DNA of 64,000 bases from Blasia pusilla (lineage: Eukaryota). The DNA lies in contig CM114271.1 of the NCBI GenBank assembly GCA_050084515.1, positions 39,680,001 through 39,744,000 of the forward strand. The letters are read 5' to 3'. Below, in pieces: positions 28,630-40,400 of the stretch. Below the pieces are notes generated by a model that had not been told where the DNA came from, did no database searches, and saw only the letters and a program-made list of their open reading frames with translations. The position numbers and the translations under genes are program-made. Position 1 is the stretch's first letter; the number at the start of each line of letters is the position of its first letter.

Positions 28630-28767
28630 TGTCGTGCACATACATATCGCTACACAACATACATCGCTCGTCACATCTACACTACACAACACCGATCTTC
28701 CCCAAACATGGGTCGATCCACACATGTACAAAAATCAACTCATACATATATATGGAGATCACACAAC
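28630..28767 (-). repeat. Internal A repeat of Z, joined to B by a 2-nt spacer (CA-AT-TG junction)
   Basis: Direct repeat of 28011-28148; the junction tgtgaca-at-tgtcgtg lies at 28621-28636. Confidence 0.92.
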
Positions 28768-28777
28768 CGCCCCCCTA
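28768..28777 (-). promoter_or_regulatory. Polypurine-tract-like plus-strand primer site of Z
   Basis: Sense TAGGGGGGCG immediately precedes the internal A. Equivalent motifs precede A in X (TAGGGGGTCG, 19979-19988) and Y (TAGGGAGGCA, 41003-41012). Confidence 0.7.
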
Positions 28778-28843
28778 GCTGGTAGTTGGATCCCCCCAAC
28801 TCCAGATAGAAAATATCACATCTCTCTCACATGACCTACTACT

Positions 28844-28990
28844 CTATACACATCTCGGACACATCCATCGTCTCGTGGGAACCACATCAAGAGGGGGGGT
28901 CAGACATGACATATGCCACCCTCGAGAACAACCATCACATACCAACATGGTGGCTGCACCCCTCGCAGATCCGCACAACATACACCTCAA
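28844..28990 (-). pseudogene. PHD finger at the C-terminus of the Z polyprotein (after integrase)
   Basis: [45 protein letters not shown] has C4HC3 PHD spacing. Confidence 0.9.
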
Positions 28991-29276
28991 GCCTGCAAGT
29001 ACCACTGCCAAGATCGGATCCACCGTCCCATCTACGCTCGGAAGATGACATGGTGCACAATTGCGCATATGATCCTTCCAAACCATACCATCCCGTCCCT
29101 CCAACATGAGGACTCCGGTCGGTAATACCTCGCGCACATGTAGGATCGTGCACCCTGCAGTGACATCTAGCGTCGTGGGTGCCGCCTGCTGTAAATACAC
29201 GTAATCTCCAGGATGAAACCTCCTAATCCCTGGACGATAACCTCCTCCACGAATGGTCGCGTACCTCAATGTATCT

Positions 29277-31782
29277 CTATCTTTGGGCAATAGCTAAGTT
29301 CTCAAAGGCCATAGGCATAACTCTACGAAAAACTTCTGCCCTCTGAGAACATGCTTGTACCCACACATCTGGATCATCAAGATCTAACACCTCCGCCATG
29401 TCACGTCGAATCGCTGCACGTAAATCTGGCTCTCTCCCAAAGAGCAAAAAGTACGGTGAAAATGACGCCAAGGATGCTTGCCGACTAAAGCGATAACCCA
29501 TAGCCAACCATGGCAATTATAGGTCCCACTCCCTCAACTGTCCCCGCTACAAGCCATACTTGCGCAATCCTCTCTTCACCGTCTGTACCACTCTCTCCGC
29601 CAACCCATCCGCCTCAGGATGATCTCTGGATGTGGTGCGGTGATCTATCAGCGCCTGATCACACAAGGCCTAAAATCTCCCCTGAACTCGATACCTTGGT
29701 TAGTCAACACCTCCGCCGGTGCACCAAAGTGACTAAGCACACGATCTAGAAACGCATAAGTTGTTCCCTCACTCGCCTTGTCTGGTAGTGGCACCAACTC
29801 TATCCACTTGGAGAAATGCTCCACCATGACCAACACGTACCTATGATGACGCCCCGTCAATGGCAAAGGTCCTGCAAAGTCTAAACTCCACCGATAACCT
29901 AAACCCATAATCGGCAAAGGATGTAACTACGGAGTGGGACCATTGAAGGATGCTCGCACTCTGTCACATACCATACATCTAGCCACAAACTGCTGTACCC
30001 CAGTATGCATGTCGCGCCACCAATACTGAACCTCGAGCAAGTTGTAAGTACGCTTTACTCCGAAATGTCCCAACTCCTCATGGGCATGTCGCACTACACG
30101 TCCTCGCTGGGACGGATGAGGTACCACTCGTATCCTACCATCTCCCCATACCCGCAAAATGTGAACCCCTCCCACCTGAACCTCTTGGCTCTCTGTAGGA
30201 TCCGATCCCGCTCCCTAGCACTAACTGTACTCGCAATGACGCCAGTGCGCAAGAACTCCACAACCTCCACGTCGTCATGGATATCACCTGTCGCCTCCTC
30301 ACTAACCTCCGGATCCAAAGACTCATCATCCAACCCCACCACTGGAGTCATCACCTGTGGCTGACCTGCCATAGTCAACCAACAAAGATAGGCAGATGCA
30401 TGCCAACCGGGCACCATCTCCTCATCACTCTCTCCGTGCCATCGAGCTCATATGTCATCTCTCTGACTTGGACATGGGTTACGACTCAACCCATCCGCAT
30501 CCTGGTTCAGCCGACATGGCCTATGAACCACCTCAAACTCATACTCCTGTAGTAATAGAGCCCACCTGGAAAGCTTGCCCGTAAGCTTGTCGGACTCCAT
30601 CAACCATCTCAACGGCTGATGATCAGTGATAAGTGTGAAAGGGTTGCCGAATAAATAGCACCTAAAATGTGCCACGGCCCACACTGCAGCCAAGCACTCT
30701 CCCTTGTAGGAGCTGTACTTTGCCTCTGCAATGTTGTTCGATCGGCTCGCGTAAGCCACAACAAACTCCCTCTCCTCGTCATCCCTCTGAGTAAGCACTG
30801 CTCCTAGACCCAACATACTCCAATCCGTATGTAACTGGAATGGGCGACCCCTAACCAGTCTCTGTAAAATGGGTGAGGACGTCAATCTGTCCTTGAGCTC
30901 CTGAAATGCTCGCTCTTGATCATCTCCCCACAACCACACCTGATCAAGTCTCGTCAACAAGGTCAAAGACTTTGCGATCGCACTAAAACCCTTGACATAC
31001 GTCGATAGAAGTTCTTGACCCAAGAAATGCTCGGACTCGACTCACATCAGAGGGCGTGGAATCTGCGCAATAGCCTCTACCTTTGTCTGCTGAATGCCTA
31101 ACCCACTCGGGTATATGGTGTGTCCCAAGTACTCAATCTGCTCTGAAAGAATGCACTTGCCTGGATGTAACTTCAGTCCATGTAACTGCAATCGCCGAAA
31201 CACCTCCTCCAAGTGTCGCTCATGCTCCTCAACTGTGGAACTGAAGATAAGAATATCATCTATGTAACATCGTACAAAATCCAAACCAGCCAGAATCCTA
31301 TCCATCACTCTCTGAAACTCTGCAGGCGCGTTCTTCAACCCAAATGGTAAGAACCGCCACTGATACAAGCAATCTATCCCCCATAATGTTGTCTTCTCCT
31401 TGTCCTCCAACCTGATAGGAAGCTGATGATAGCCAGCACGGAGATCTAAAGTACTGAAGATCTTTGCATGCCCTATTGCATCAAAGATCTCTTCAAGAGT
31501 AAGCATGGCGTACCGATCTGACCTCGTCTTTCGGTTGATAGGACGGTAATCTCCATACATCCGCCTATCCGTCCAATTGCCATACATATCCTTCTTCGTC
31601 GGCATGATTGTAGCAGATGCATACTCCCCATGTGATAACTCCACAAGTCCTGCCTCCAACAAGTCCTGACATTTGCTCTGAATCAAGGCTCGCTCCATTT
31701 CAGAAATACAGAGGGTCGATTTAAAGATCAGCGTATCACTAGCCAACTCAATCCGTATCCCGGACCCTTCAAGCGTACCCAA
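29277..31782 (-). pseudogene. RT, RNase H and DDE integrase domains of Z (frameshifted)
   Basis: STLDLRAGYHQL, LPFGLKNAPAEFQR, YIDD; FQLHTDWS, ITDHQPL, DADGLSR; HAHEELGHFG...CMVC, WSLDFAGP. The RT-RH-IN order indicates Ty3/Gypsy. Confidence 0.93.
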
Positions 31783-32189
31783 GTCTCTCTCATATCAAGG
31801 CAAAACAACCGACATGCCCTCTCAGAAACCTATGAAATCGCCGTCGCTCTCCTCCTATCAACTTGAGACCTATCACAGGCTCCCAAGTCTCCATCGTGAC
31901 CTCACTCGGACAGGACGCAACCTACGGCTTTGGTTGCTATGTAGCAACCCTAGCCACCTCCGCAAGAGCCACTCCACTCTGACCTCCTACACCATGCTCC
32001 ACATCCGAAAAATGAACATGTGCTACTCTAGCCGCCGCACGCACTCTCGCTCGAACGACGTCCCAGAAGTCCATGGGTGCCTATCTCTCCTCGTCTCGCC
32101 CCTAGCCAATGCCTGTACAGACCCTATAGGCAATGGTCCAACTCGTGGACGTGACGGCATGGATGACACTCGCATCCGTCTCTGCTCAG

Positions 32190-33196
32190 CCATACCTAGG
32201 CTGACTATCCATGTGAGATAGTTGAGGTCCATCGCCTGCCCCAACACCTGTCTCCGTAATGCCTTAGTCATCCCTGGCACCGCCGTAGTACCGGGAGTGA
32301 ACCCCATGGCGCGCTCGCGCTCATCTGCTGTAGGCTCTTCCAATGCTCCAGTCACCTCATCCCAAATCATGCTTGGCCCTCCCTGACGAAAGGCATGGGA
32401 TGCTGGGAAGCTCACCAACGTAGGTAAGGCTGCCCTCAACTCCCCCACCCTATTGGCCATGGCCAACGGTGGTCTATCATCCCGTGTCACCACCTGAGAT
32501 CGACACCGTGAGCCCAAAATAGCATCCACTGTGAGATGTGGTGCTCTCTGGACTCCACCGTATGCTCGACTCAGTACCTCTGATGGTATCAGGTTTGTCC
32601 ACCACAGTCGTGGACGATGGGCACGTGACCCAACTCTCGCTGCATCTAACAACACAGTAGGTCCCAACCAGGACCTCACCTGATGTACACTCGTCATCAC
32701 ACGTGCACGAGTGTCTCCCAACAACGGCACGTTCTCCAAAATGTACGTTGGAGAACATATCTGACTCTCTTGCAAGTGTCGTGCTACTTGCAGCATCTCC
32801 CAAAACATCCCTGACCTCGGATCCTGCAATCCAAATCCTCGGCCAACTGATGAATGACCCTAACATGGCCATCCAGAAATCACCAATGCCAACTCTATCC
32901 AGATCCTACGCCCCCACCATAGAGATGTGGGCGGGTAGTGTATGCTGGTATCCCCGTACTGCAGATACCGATAATAACTCAGGATACCTCTGGACCAATC
33001 TCGCCACGTGACGTAATGATACTCGCCGTGCGATCCCATCTCTCTCCAGATAAAGGTACTGATGCACCCGTATGCCCGCCTGCAATAGTGCAGCCAATCC
33101 GGTGCTAATCCCTCCGAAGAGATCTAACACCCTAACACCCTCCTTTGGGCACTGCCACACAACAGGTGTGGTATCTAGTGGGGTCATCGTCTCCAC
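32190..33196 (-). pseudogene. DNMT3-like C5 cytosine methyltransferase domain of Z, between protease and RT (disrupted)
   Basis: Motif I VLDLFGGISTG, motif II YLYLE, motif IV ISGWPC*GHS (Cys 32865-32863, next codon TAG), motif VI YILENVP, motif VIII GSRAHRPRLWWTNL, motif IX EPTADERERAMGF, motif X LGQAMDLNYL. These motifs resemble DNMT3 (VLSLFDGIATG, AAHRARYFWGNL). Confidence 0.9.
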
Positions 33197-36100
33197 TCCA
33201 AGAGCCTGATCGCAACGTGACTATCGCTGCTCTGGGATAAAAACATGACTCCACGCCTGCCTCACGAGGTCGTCGGCACTCCTATGTAGCTCTCGAGTCC
33301 TACCCCATAATGGTGAAGAGGCATCGCCAACATGGGAAGAGACACCCGCCATGGCCTGTCTCTCCGTGGGACTATCCGCTACTAGGACATCCTTTGCATG
33401 TGCGTTCCCCTCCAACAACTCTCTTGGCCATCTAACACTACCTGTGAAAGCCGCCAACGTGGTCACAGACTCGCCTCGTGATCGACCACCTCGTCCCGCA
33501 AATTGCACGGGTAACTGACTCATCCGGTCGTCACCTGACCGATAAGCAACGGTCTCCTCCCAGAAGTCAAGGATGAATCCTAGGGGATATAACACTGTAC
33601 TCCCCACCAACACATCGTACGACTCAGCTGGTGTCGTAATCGCACGTGTGCGCACCATAGCACTATCCGTCGCATGCTCTGGCTGAACTCTGACAACAAT
33701 CTCCTGTCGAGTCATATACTGAGTGGGTGATACGCCCCCAATCGAGGTCTGTATCTAGAAGGGACAAGGCTCAATGTCGGCCTTCCGTAACCCCAACGCT
33801 AAACACGCCACCTTCCCTAACATCAAGGGTTGCGATCCCGAATCAAGAAGGACGCGCTGCGGGTGGTATACTGTCCCCGTCGGACTAACTAAGCGAAATA
33901 CTCTAGCTCGGTTATCCAGTAACACTACTCCATGTGTCACCACTGCTCGCTCTATGGCCGGTCGAGCTGGCATATCTACCAACTTCGTCACCGCCGCATG
34001 CCATGACTCTGTGGGGAACGTCCCAAGCACCGGCTCTGAGGGCAAGTCCACCACCTCCTCAACTACCTCTGAACAAGAAGCAGTCATCTCTCCACGCTCA
34101 CACAACGTGGTGGCCAACCGGAACACCTCAGCTGGTCCAACTCCCAACGTCGCCAACTCTATGGCGGAAAATAGCGGAGTGTGACTCACTCTAGTGGCCA
34201 CCTCCAACACTATGGTCGGCACTGACTCCACTCGAGCCGGCATAGGAGTTGTCACTCCAACTCCTCGTAACGTTGACGTAGGTGCCTGAACTGTAGGCAC
34301 CGCTGGTCGTCGAGGCAACATCGATGGTGTGTGTAGTGCCTCCGATAATGTGAACGACTGTGGAACCCTGGCCTGCCGCCCATCGGTCCCCTCTGGTGGG
34401 TCAATCTCAACTCCACCTCTCGATGGCTCGGTGCCTCTCGCAGCACCCCGAGTCACCACTGCAGCTGCCTCAACCTGGGCTGCACTACACATAAATCCCA
34501 TACTGGAGAGATCCTCACTCAGGTCAGGGTAGGAGGTAGAAACTGGTGTCACACTAGCTGCATCATCGTCATGGCAGCAATCCTCTGCTCCAACTGATTG
34601 ATGCGTGAGAGAAGTGCCGGCTCTGGTGCTCCTGCTCCATCTCCTCTGGCTGGTGGTGGTCCTCTACCACCACGTCCACGAAGAACTCCCGGACCTCCTC
34701 CAGGACGACCGGCCCCAGGCTCTCGGCCTACCTCTAGACGTGCCCCTCGGCGAAGGTCAAAACATCTATCCCTAGTGTGACCATATCTGTGGCAATGGTC
34801 ACACTGGTGCTGTGGTGGGGCCATCCTCTGTGGCTCTTGAGCAATTGGAGGCGCTGGTGGTCCTCTCCCATGCTGTGGGCAGTCTCTCTGCCTATGGGCC
34901 CTCCACACGTCCAACAAGACCACATCGGTCCCTGCTGGGCAACATATGTAGGTGCGGGTTGTTGCCTCATAGGCTCACGGTACCCACCCTGCTCTCTAGG
35001 CACATTGGCCCGCTCCCGTGGTACTGGTACTCGTTGTGGCACCTGTGGGGTCACCGTCGCTCGTGGACCCGTCGACTCTCGAGAAAATCCAGCGGTCACT
35101 ACCTGCTCCTCACTCATGTTGAGCTCAATACGCTCACACAACTCAAAGACCACCTTCAATGTAGGCTTCGTTGTGTGAATCAGTACCGCATCTCCGACTC
35201 TCCTCCGTAGTTCTCACCCGAACCCGACCAACATCGGGTCGATCGCGCCTCGATCACTCCAAACGTAGCAATGATCGGCCTCCTCATGCGTGTGAATGCC
35301 TCTCTCGACTCTCACCCGATCGTCGCTGAAAATCTCAGAGACTCTTCACTTGTCAGACGCACGCCCTGGTAGCTCTTCCCCAACCGCCGGAAGAACTCCC
35401 TTTGTGGGGCTGAAGCTAGGTGGCCCTCTACCACCAGAGGTCTCTGCCACATCGCATGTCTCACTGCCCTCCTCTCCATCTAGTCTCCGTGCTGATGGTG
35501 TGGGTCTCTCTCCTCTCACAATCCCATCATATGCCTCGCGACCACTAGTGGACACATACCCTGGAGCCCAATACATCCTCCAAGCATCGATCTCTACTGA
35601 ATAGAGTGATCGAAACTCCATGTAGTCATCCATCGGAGGACCCTCCAAGTGATGGAACAACCCCTTCCATGCCATGAAAGGGTTGAACCGTGTTAGGGTC
35701 CGTATCTCCTGGAAGTCGCACCATGTGTCAAACTCCTGGATGAAATCATCTAAGTCGATGGTGCCCACTGCACCCGAGAAACGACGCATGCCCCGATGGC
35801 CCATGTCGTCCATCTTGCCAAGTACTACTGTCTCTGTCGGTGATCTCGTCACCAGACCCAGTGTCCACTGATGACGATCCAGTCACGGATGGATGTCTAG
35901 GGAGCTTCTTACTGGTAACCCCTCGGTATCTCACTCCACTCCGTGTCACACCACTACCACCACTCGCACTACCCCGTTCTTCTGAACCCTGGAAGAACGC
36001 CGTGATGACAAACCCTGTCTCACCCACTCAAGCACTCAGACTCACCGAGAGTCTCCCACACGCCTCACTAACTCACCTATGCTAACATCAATCCCGTGAT

Positions 36101-36983
36101 GACATACCCGGCCTCACGCACGCTCAACACTCGGGCTCACCATGAGCCTCCCAACTGACTCATCTAACCTAGCGACACTCTCTTGGGTCATACACGCGAC
36201 CCTACTTGGCAACCGCCGTATATCCACCAACATGCTACACATGAAAAGAATCTACACTCGTCACCATCATTGCACCCATCTAGCACCAACTACTACCCGA
36301 TACCGAGCACTCTCAATCACACACGACAAGTGCGGGAAAAGGGACTCGAATGGTAACCTCATCACGCCCTCCAACCTGCTGCACCGTCAACATGCACTCC
36401 TCCACATGAGATGACAATCTCTGCAACATAACACTCCCCTTGACCAACATGTCGATCCTCCCGTCAACAGATGCGAACAACCCGTCGGCATCATGCACAC
36501 TGCCCCTCCATCGTCAACTCTCGCAACCCCCTGTCGCGCCCCAAAACATCATGTCGCGCAACCCTCTCTGTCGATCCCCACACGCGGCATGTAACGTGAC
36601 TCACCTTGGTCGGCTCCCAATCATGTCCGGCAAATCTCAACTCGCGCCCGTCCAACGCCCGTTGCCGCCGCGCCCTAACCCTAGACCGGCCGCTTTACTT
36701 GACAGCCCCCTGGCGGCTGCAAGCTCTAACTCTTCTCCCTGGGTACTCCCGACATTCCACGAGCTATAAGACGATGTTACTCCTGCCGACACAACTGCGC
36801 TACACCTGCCTTTGTCCCCATCAATCCGCACCAAAGCAAAATCGAGAAAACGGACAGCGCTTCGCCCACGGCCTTCGAACAGAAAAATGACACACTAAAC
36901 GTCACACACACGTCTCCGGGGCTCCCGACCAAGGCAACTCGCTTGCCTACACCGCAAACAACTTAATTCCCACCATCCCCCGA

Positions 36984-36997
36984 CATCTTTCTCATGT
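36984..36997 (-). promoter_or_regulatory. Primer-binding site of Z, complementary to its own predicted transcript 5' end (self-priming type)
   Basis: catctttctcatgt (36984-36997) directly abuts B and is a perfect 14-nt inverted repeat of 37179-37192. That segment lies about 32 nt downstream of a TATATAA (37223-37217). No TGG-starting tRNA PBS is present. Confidence 0.72.
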
Positions 36998-37480
36998 AAA
37001 AATAAAGAGTAGTAAAACGGCACACCCGGCCTAAAACTCCACTCCTCAATCTACATCGGCATATCAAGCCTCATCCACCCTGTGCTATCAATCAAGGAAT
37101 CGTGTGTGTGACGTTTAGCACCCTAGAAAAATGACACACTAGCTCACACACATACAAGGGAGGTGCTCCAACGGCCCAACATGAGAAAGATGGCTTAGGA
37201 AAGCCATCTTCCTCTCTTATATAGGGTTGGGAAGAGCCAAAAGGCTCTTCCCCTAAAAAAAGCCCTTCCCTTGGTAACCTGCACGCACAAGTTACCAGGG
37301 GCGGGTGACATGGTCAACAAGTCACCCGGCTATAAAAGACCTCAACATGACAACCTGACACAATGGACCTATCCTCAACCTCATCCGACACCGTGGGACA
37401 AAGTTACACTCAAGATAGTCCGTTGGCTCCTACGCCCTATCCACGATAGATCTTGGCCTATCGGCTACTCATATGTGACA
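36998..37480 (-). repeat. 5' B repeat of Z, containing a TATA box and the predicted transcription start
   Basis: Matches 28149-28627; sense start TGTCACA; TATATAA at 37223-37217. Confidence 0.92.
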
Positions 37481-40400
37481 CAGATCACAAAAGTTGCGTT
37501 GGTGAGCCCCATACCTACCGAGACGGTTGAGGCACTGGCTGAGGATGAGACCCGAGGACATCGACACACCAGGGGTGATCGGGAGAGACACCCTTGAACT
37601 TCTTGGGATGTTTTGCAAGTACGCCAAGAGATGATAGGCACAGCATCGAGCATGGTTCTGGGTACTACACGTGGAGATGAGAGTTCTATTGTCTAAGACG
37701 GGTTGCACCATAGCAACCACCGACATCCGCGCCGGAGAGTCCTACCGTAGTCACGATGGAGACTTGGGAGCCAGATATGGGCCCTAAGTTGAGAAGAGAA
37801 GAGTGGCCTTGGAGTTACAGGAGTTATACACCAATTCCTTAGGAGTTATAGGAGCTATTTTTCATTTAGTATGCATGATTTAGGTACACTAAAGGGTCCA
37901 AGGATCCGCATTGAGTTTTTGAGTGACACGCCGATCTTCCGATGACCCTACAGGTACAGTGACATGGAGAGGGCTCTGATTCAGAGTAGGAGCCAAGACT
38001 TGGTTGGAGCAGGACTAGTGGAGATGTCGCATGGAGAGTATGCATTTGCCATTGTCATGCCCGCCAAGAAGGATGTGCATGGCAATTGGATGGATATGCG
38101 GATGTGTGGAGATTACCGACCTATCAATCGGCAGACGAAGTCCAATAGGTATGCCATGCCCATACCTGAGGAGATCTTTGATGCGATTGGGCATGCAAAG
38201 GTCTTCAGTTTATTGGATTTGCGAGCCGGATACCATCAGCTGCCTATCAGATTGGAGGGCATGGAGAAGACGGCATTGTGGGGCATCGATCCTCACCGGA
38301 AGGATTATTTGTACCAGTGGCGGTTCTTACCATTCGGGCTAAAGAACGCCCCGGCTGAGTTTCAAAGGGTCATGAATAGGATCTTCGCAGATCTTGATTT
38401 TGCTAGGTGTTATATCGATGACATCGTAGTCTTTAGCGCCATGGTTGAGGAGCAGGACCGACATCTAGAAGAGGTGTTTCGACGATTGCAGTTACATGGG
38501 CTGAAGCTACATCTAGGCAAAAGCAAGTTCTTCTACGACCAGATTGAGTACCAGGGTCATATGATATACCTAGGGGACGAAGGTAGAGGCTATTTCACGC
38601 ATTCCATGCCCTACAAATGTGAGTCGAGTTCATGCATTCATGAGATTGGCGAACTTCTATCAACGATACATCAAGAGTTTCAGTTCGATTGCGAAGCCGC
38701 TAACCTTCATGACCAAGGTGGATCAAGAGTGGCACTGGGGGGATGAGTAGGAGAGAGCATTTTATATGCTCAAGGATAAATTGACGTCCGCGCCCATATT
38801 GAGGAGACCGATCAAGGGGCGTCCTTTCCAGTTGCATACCAATTGGAGCATGTTGGGGCTTGGAGCCGTGCTCATCCAACATGACCATGATGGTAGAGAG
38901 TTCGTGGTGGCTTACTCTAGTCATTCGAACAACACTGCAGAGGCAAAGTATAGCTCGTATGAGGGTGAGTGCTTGGCTGCAGTGTGGGATGTTACACATT
39001 TGAGTTGTTATCTATTCGGCAATCCTTTTACCATCATTATTGATCATCATCCACTTAAATGGTTGATGGAGTCCGAAAAGCTTATAGGGAAGCTTGCGAG
39101 GTGGACTCTTTTGTTTCTGGAGTATGACTTCCATGTGGGGCATAGATTTGGGACACTCAATCGGGATGTAGATGGTTTGAGTCGTAACCCATGCTCGAGT
39201 CAACGAGATGCGACTGGAGCTCATTGGCATGGTGAGAGTGATGAGGAGTTGGAGCCACGATGCCATGCGTTAGCCTATTTGGGCTTATTGGCTATGGAGA
39301 GCCAGATTTTTGAGACTTTGATGGCGAGGTCTGATGGAGAGTCTTTAGATCCAGAGGCCGGTGAGGAGCCGACATGTGGCCGAGACATTCACGATGATGG
39401 AGTGGTCTTGGTATACCTACGTGCTAGCAGAGTCGCGAGCAGAGTCGCGAGCACAATGGGTGCTAGAGAGCGGGATCGGATCCTATAGCGAACCAGATGG
39501 TTCCGGTGGGAGGGCACACATGTGTTGCGAGTGTGGGAGGATGGTAGAGTGCATGTAGTGCCTCATCCTTCGCAGAGAGCATGTTTGGTGCATCATGCCC
39601 ACGAGGAGTTGGGTCATTTTGGAATGAAGCGGACGTACAACTTGCTCCAGATTCAGTATTGGTGGCGAGGCATGCAAACTGACGTTCAGCAATTTGTTGC
39701 CAGATGCATGGTGTGTGATTGAGTCTGAGCATCGTTCAATGTTCCAAATCCATAGTTTCTTCCATTTTCCATCATGGATTTAGGTTATAGATGGAGTTTG
39801 GATTTTGCAGGACCTTTGCCTTTGACGGAGCACCACATTGGTTATGTGTTGGTGATGGTCGAGCACTTCTCGAAGTGGATAGAGTTGGTTGCATTGCCTG
39901 ATAAAGTGAGTGAGGGAGTAGCATATGCCTTCCTAGATCGAGTATTGAGTCATTACGTCATACCAGCTGAGGTGTTGACAGACCAGGGTACAAAGTTCCA
40001 TGGGGAGTTTCAGGCCTTGTGTGACTAGGCACTAATCGACCACCGTACTACTTCGCGAGATCATCCTAAGGTGGATGGCCTAGCGGAACGGGTTGTGCAG
40101 ACGGTGAAGAGAGGACTATGCAAGTATGGCTTGTAGAGAGGTCACCTAGGAGACCTTCAGTTGCCGTGGTTGACGATGGGATACAGATTCACCATGCAAG
40201 GCATTCTTAGCGTCTTTCTCACCGTACTTGTTGCTTTATGGCTCAGAGCCAGATTTACCTGTAGCCATTTGTCGAGATGTTGGTGAGTTGTTGAACCTTC
40301 ATGACCTTGATGTATGGATGCGAACATGTTTGCAAAGGGCTAAGTTATTTCGGAGAGTGATGCCTATGGCGTTTGAGAACTTGGCGATTGCCCAACATCG

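Larger units (their letters stand above)
28011..37480 (-). mobile_element. Element Z: most intact Ty3/Gypsy-type retrotransposon, with split terminal repeats B-internal-A-B-A and TSD CAGA
   Basis: CAGA at 28007-28010 and 37481-37484 flanks TG...CA ends; removing Z restores the in-register Y reading RMRQITKVALVSP. Gag about 35850-34550 (CCHC knuckle CDHCHRYGHTRDRC), protease RVLLDSGSQP about 33840, DNMT 33196-32190, RT 31782-31042 (YIDD), RNase H 31023-30448 (LHTDWS), integrase 30175-29277, PHD about 28985-28847. Confidence 0.95.

Noticed and set aside
36995-36997. ACA after the 5' B repeat read as a canonical LTR CA end
   Set aside because: These bases are absent from the 3' B copy and belong to the self-complementary PBS, in both Z and Y.
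28011-37480. Classification as a DIRS/PAT/Ngaro tyrosine-recombinase element because of the split direct repeats
   Set aside because: No tyrosine recombinase is visible; the element encodes an aspartic protease and an HHCC/DDE integrase in Gypsy order and has clear TSDs.
28006-37485. 5-bp TSD (CAGAT or ACAGA) for element Z
   Set aside because: Either reading would consume a base of the TG/CA terminus, and the other two insertions show unambiguous 4-bp TSDs.
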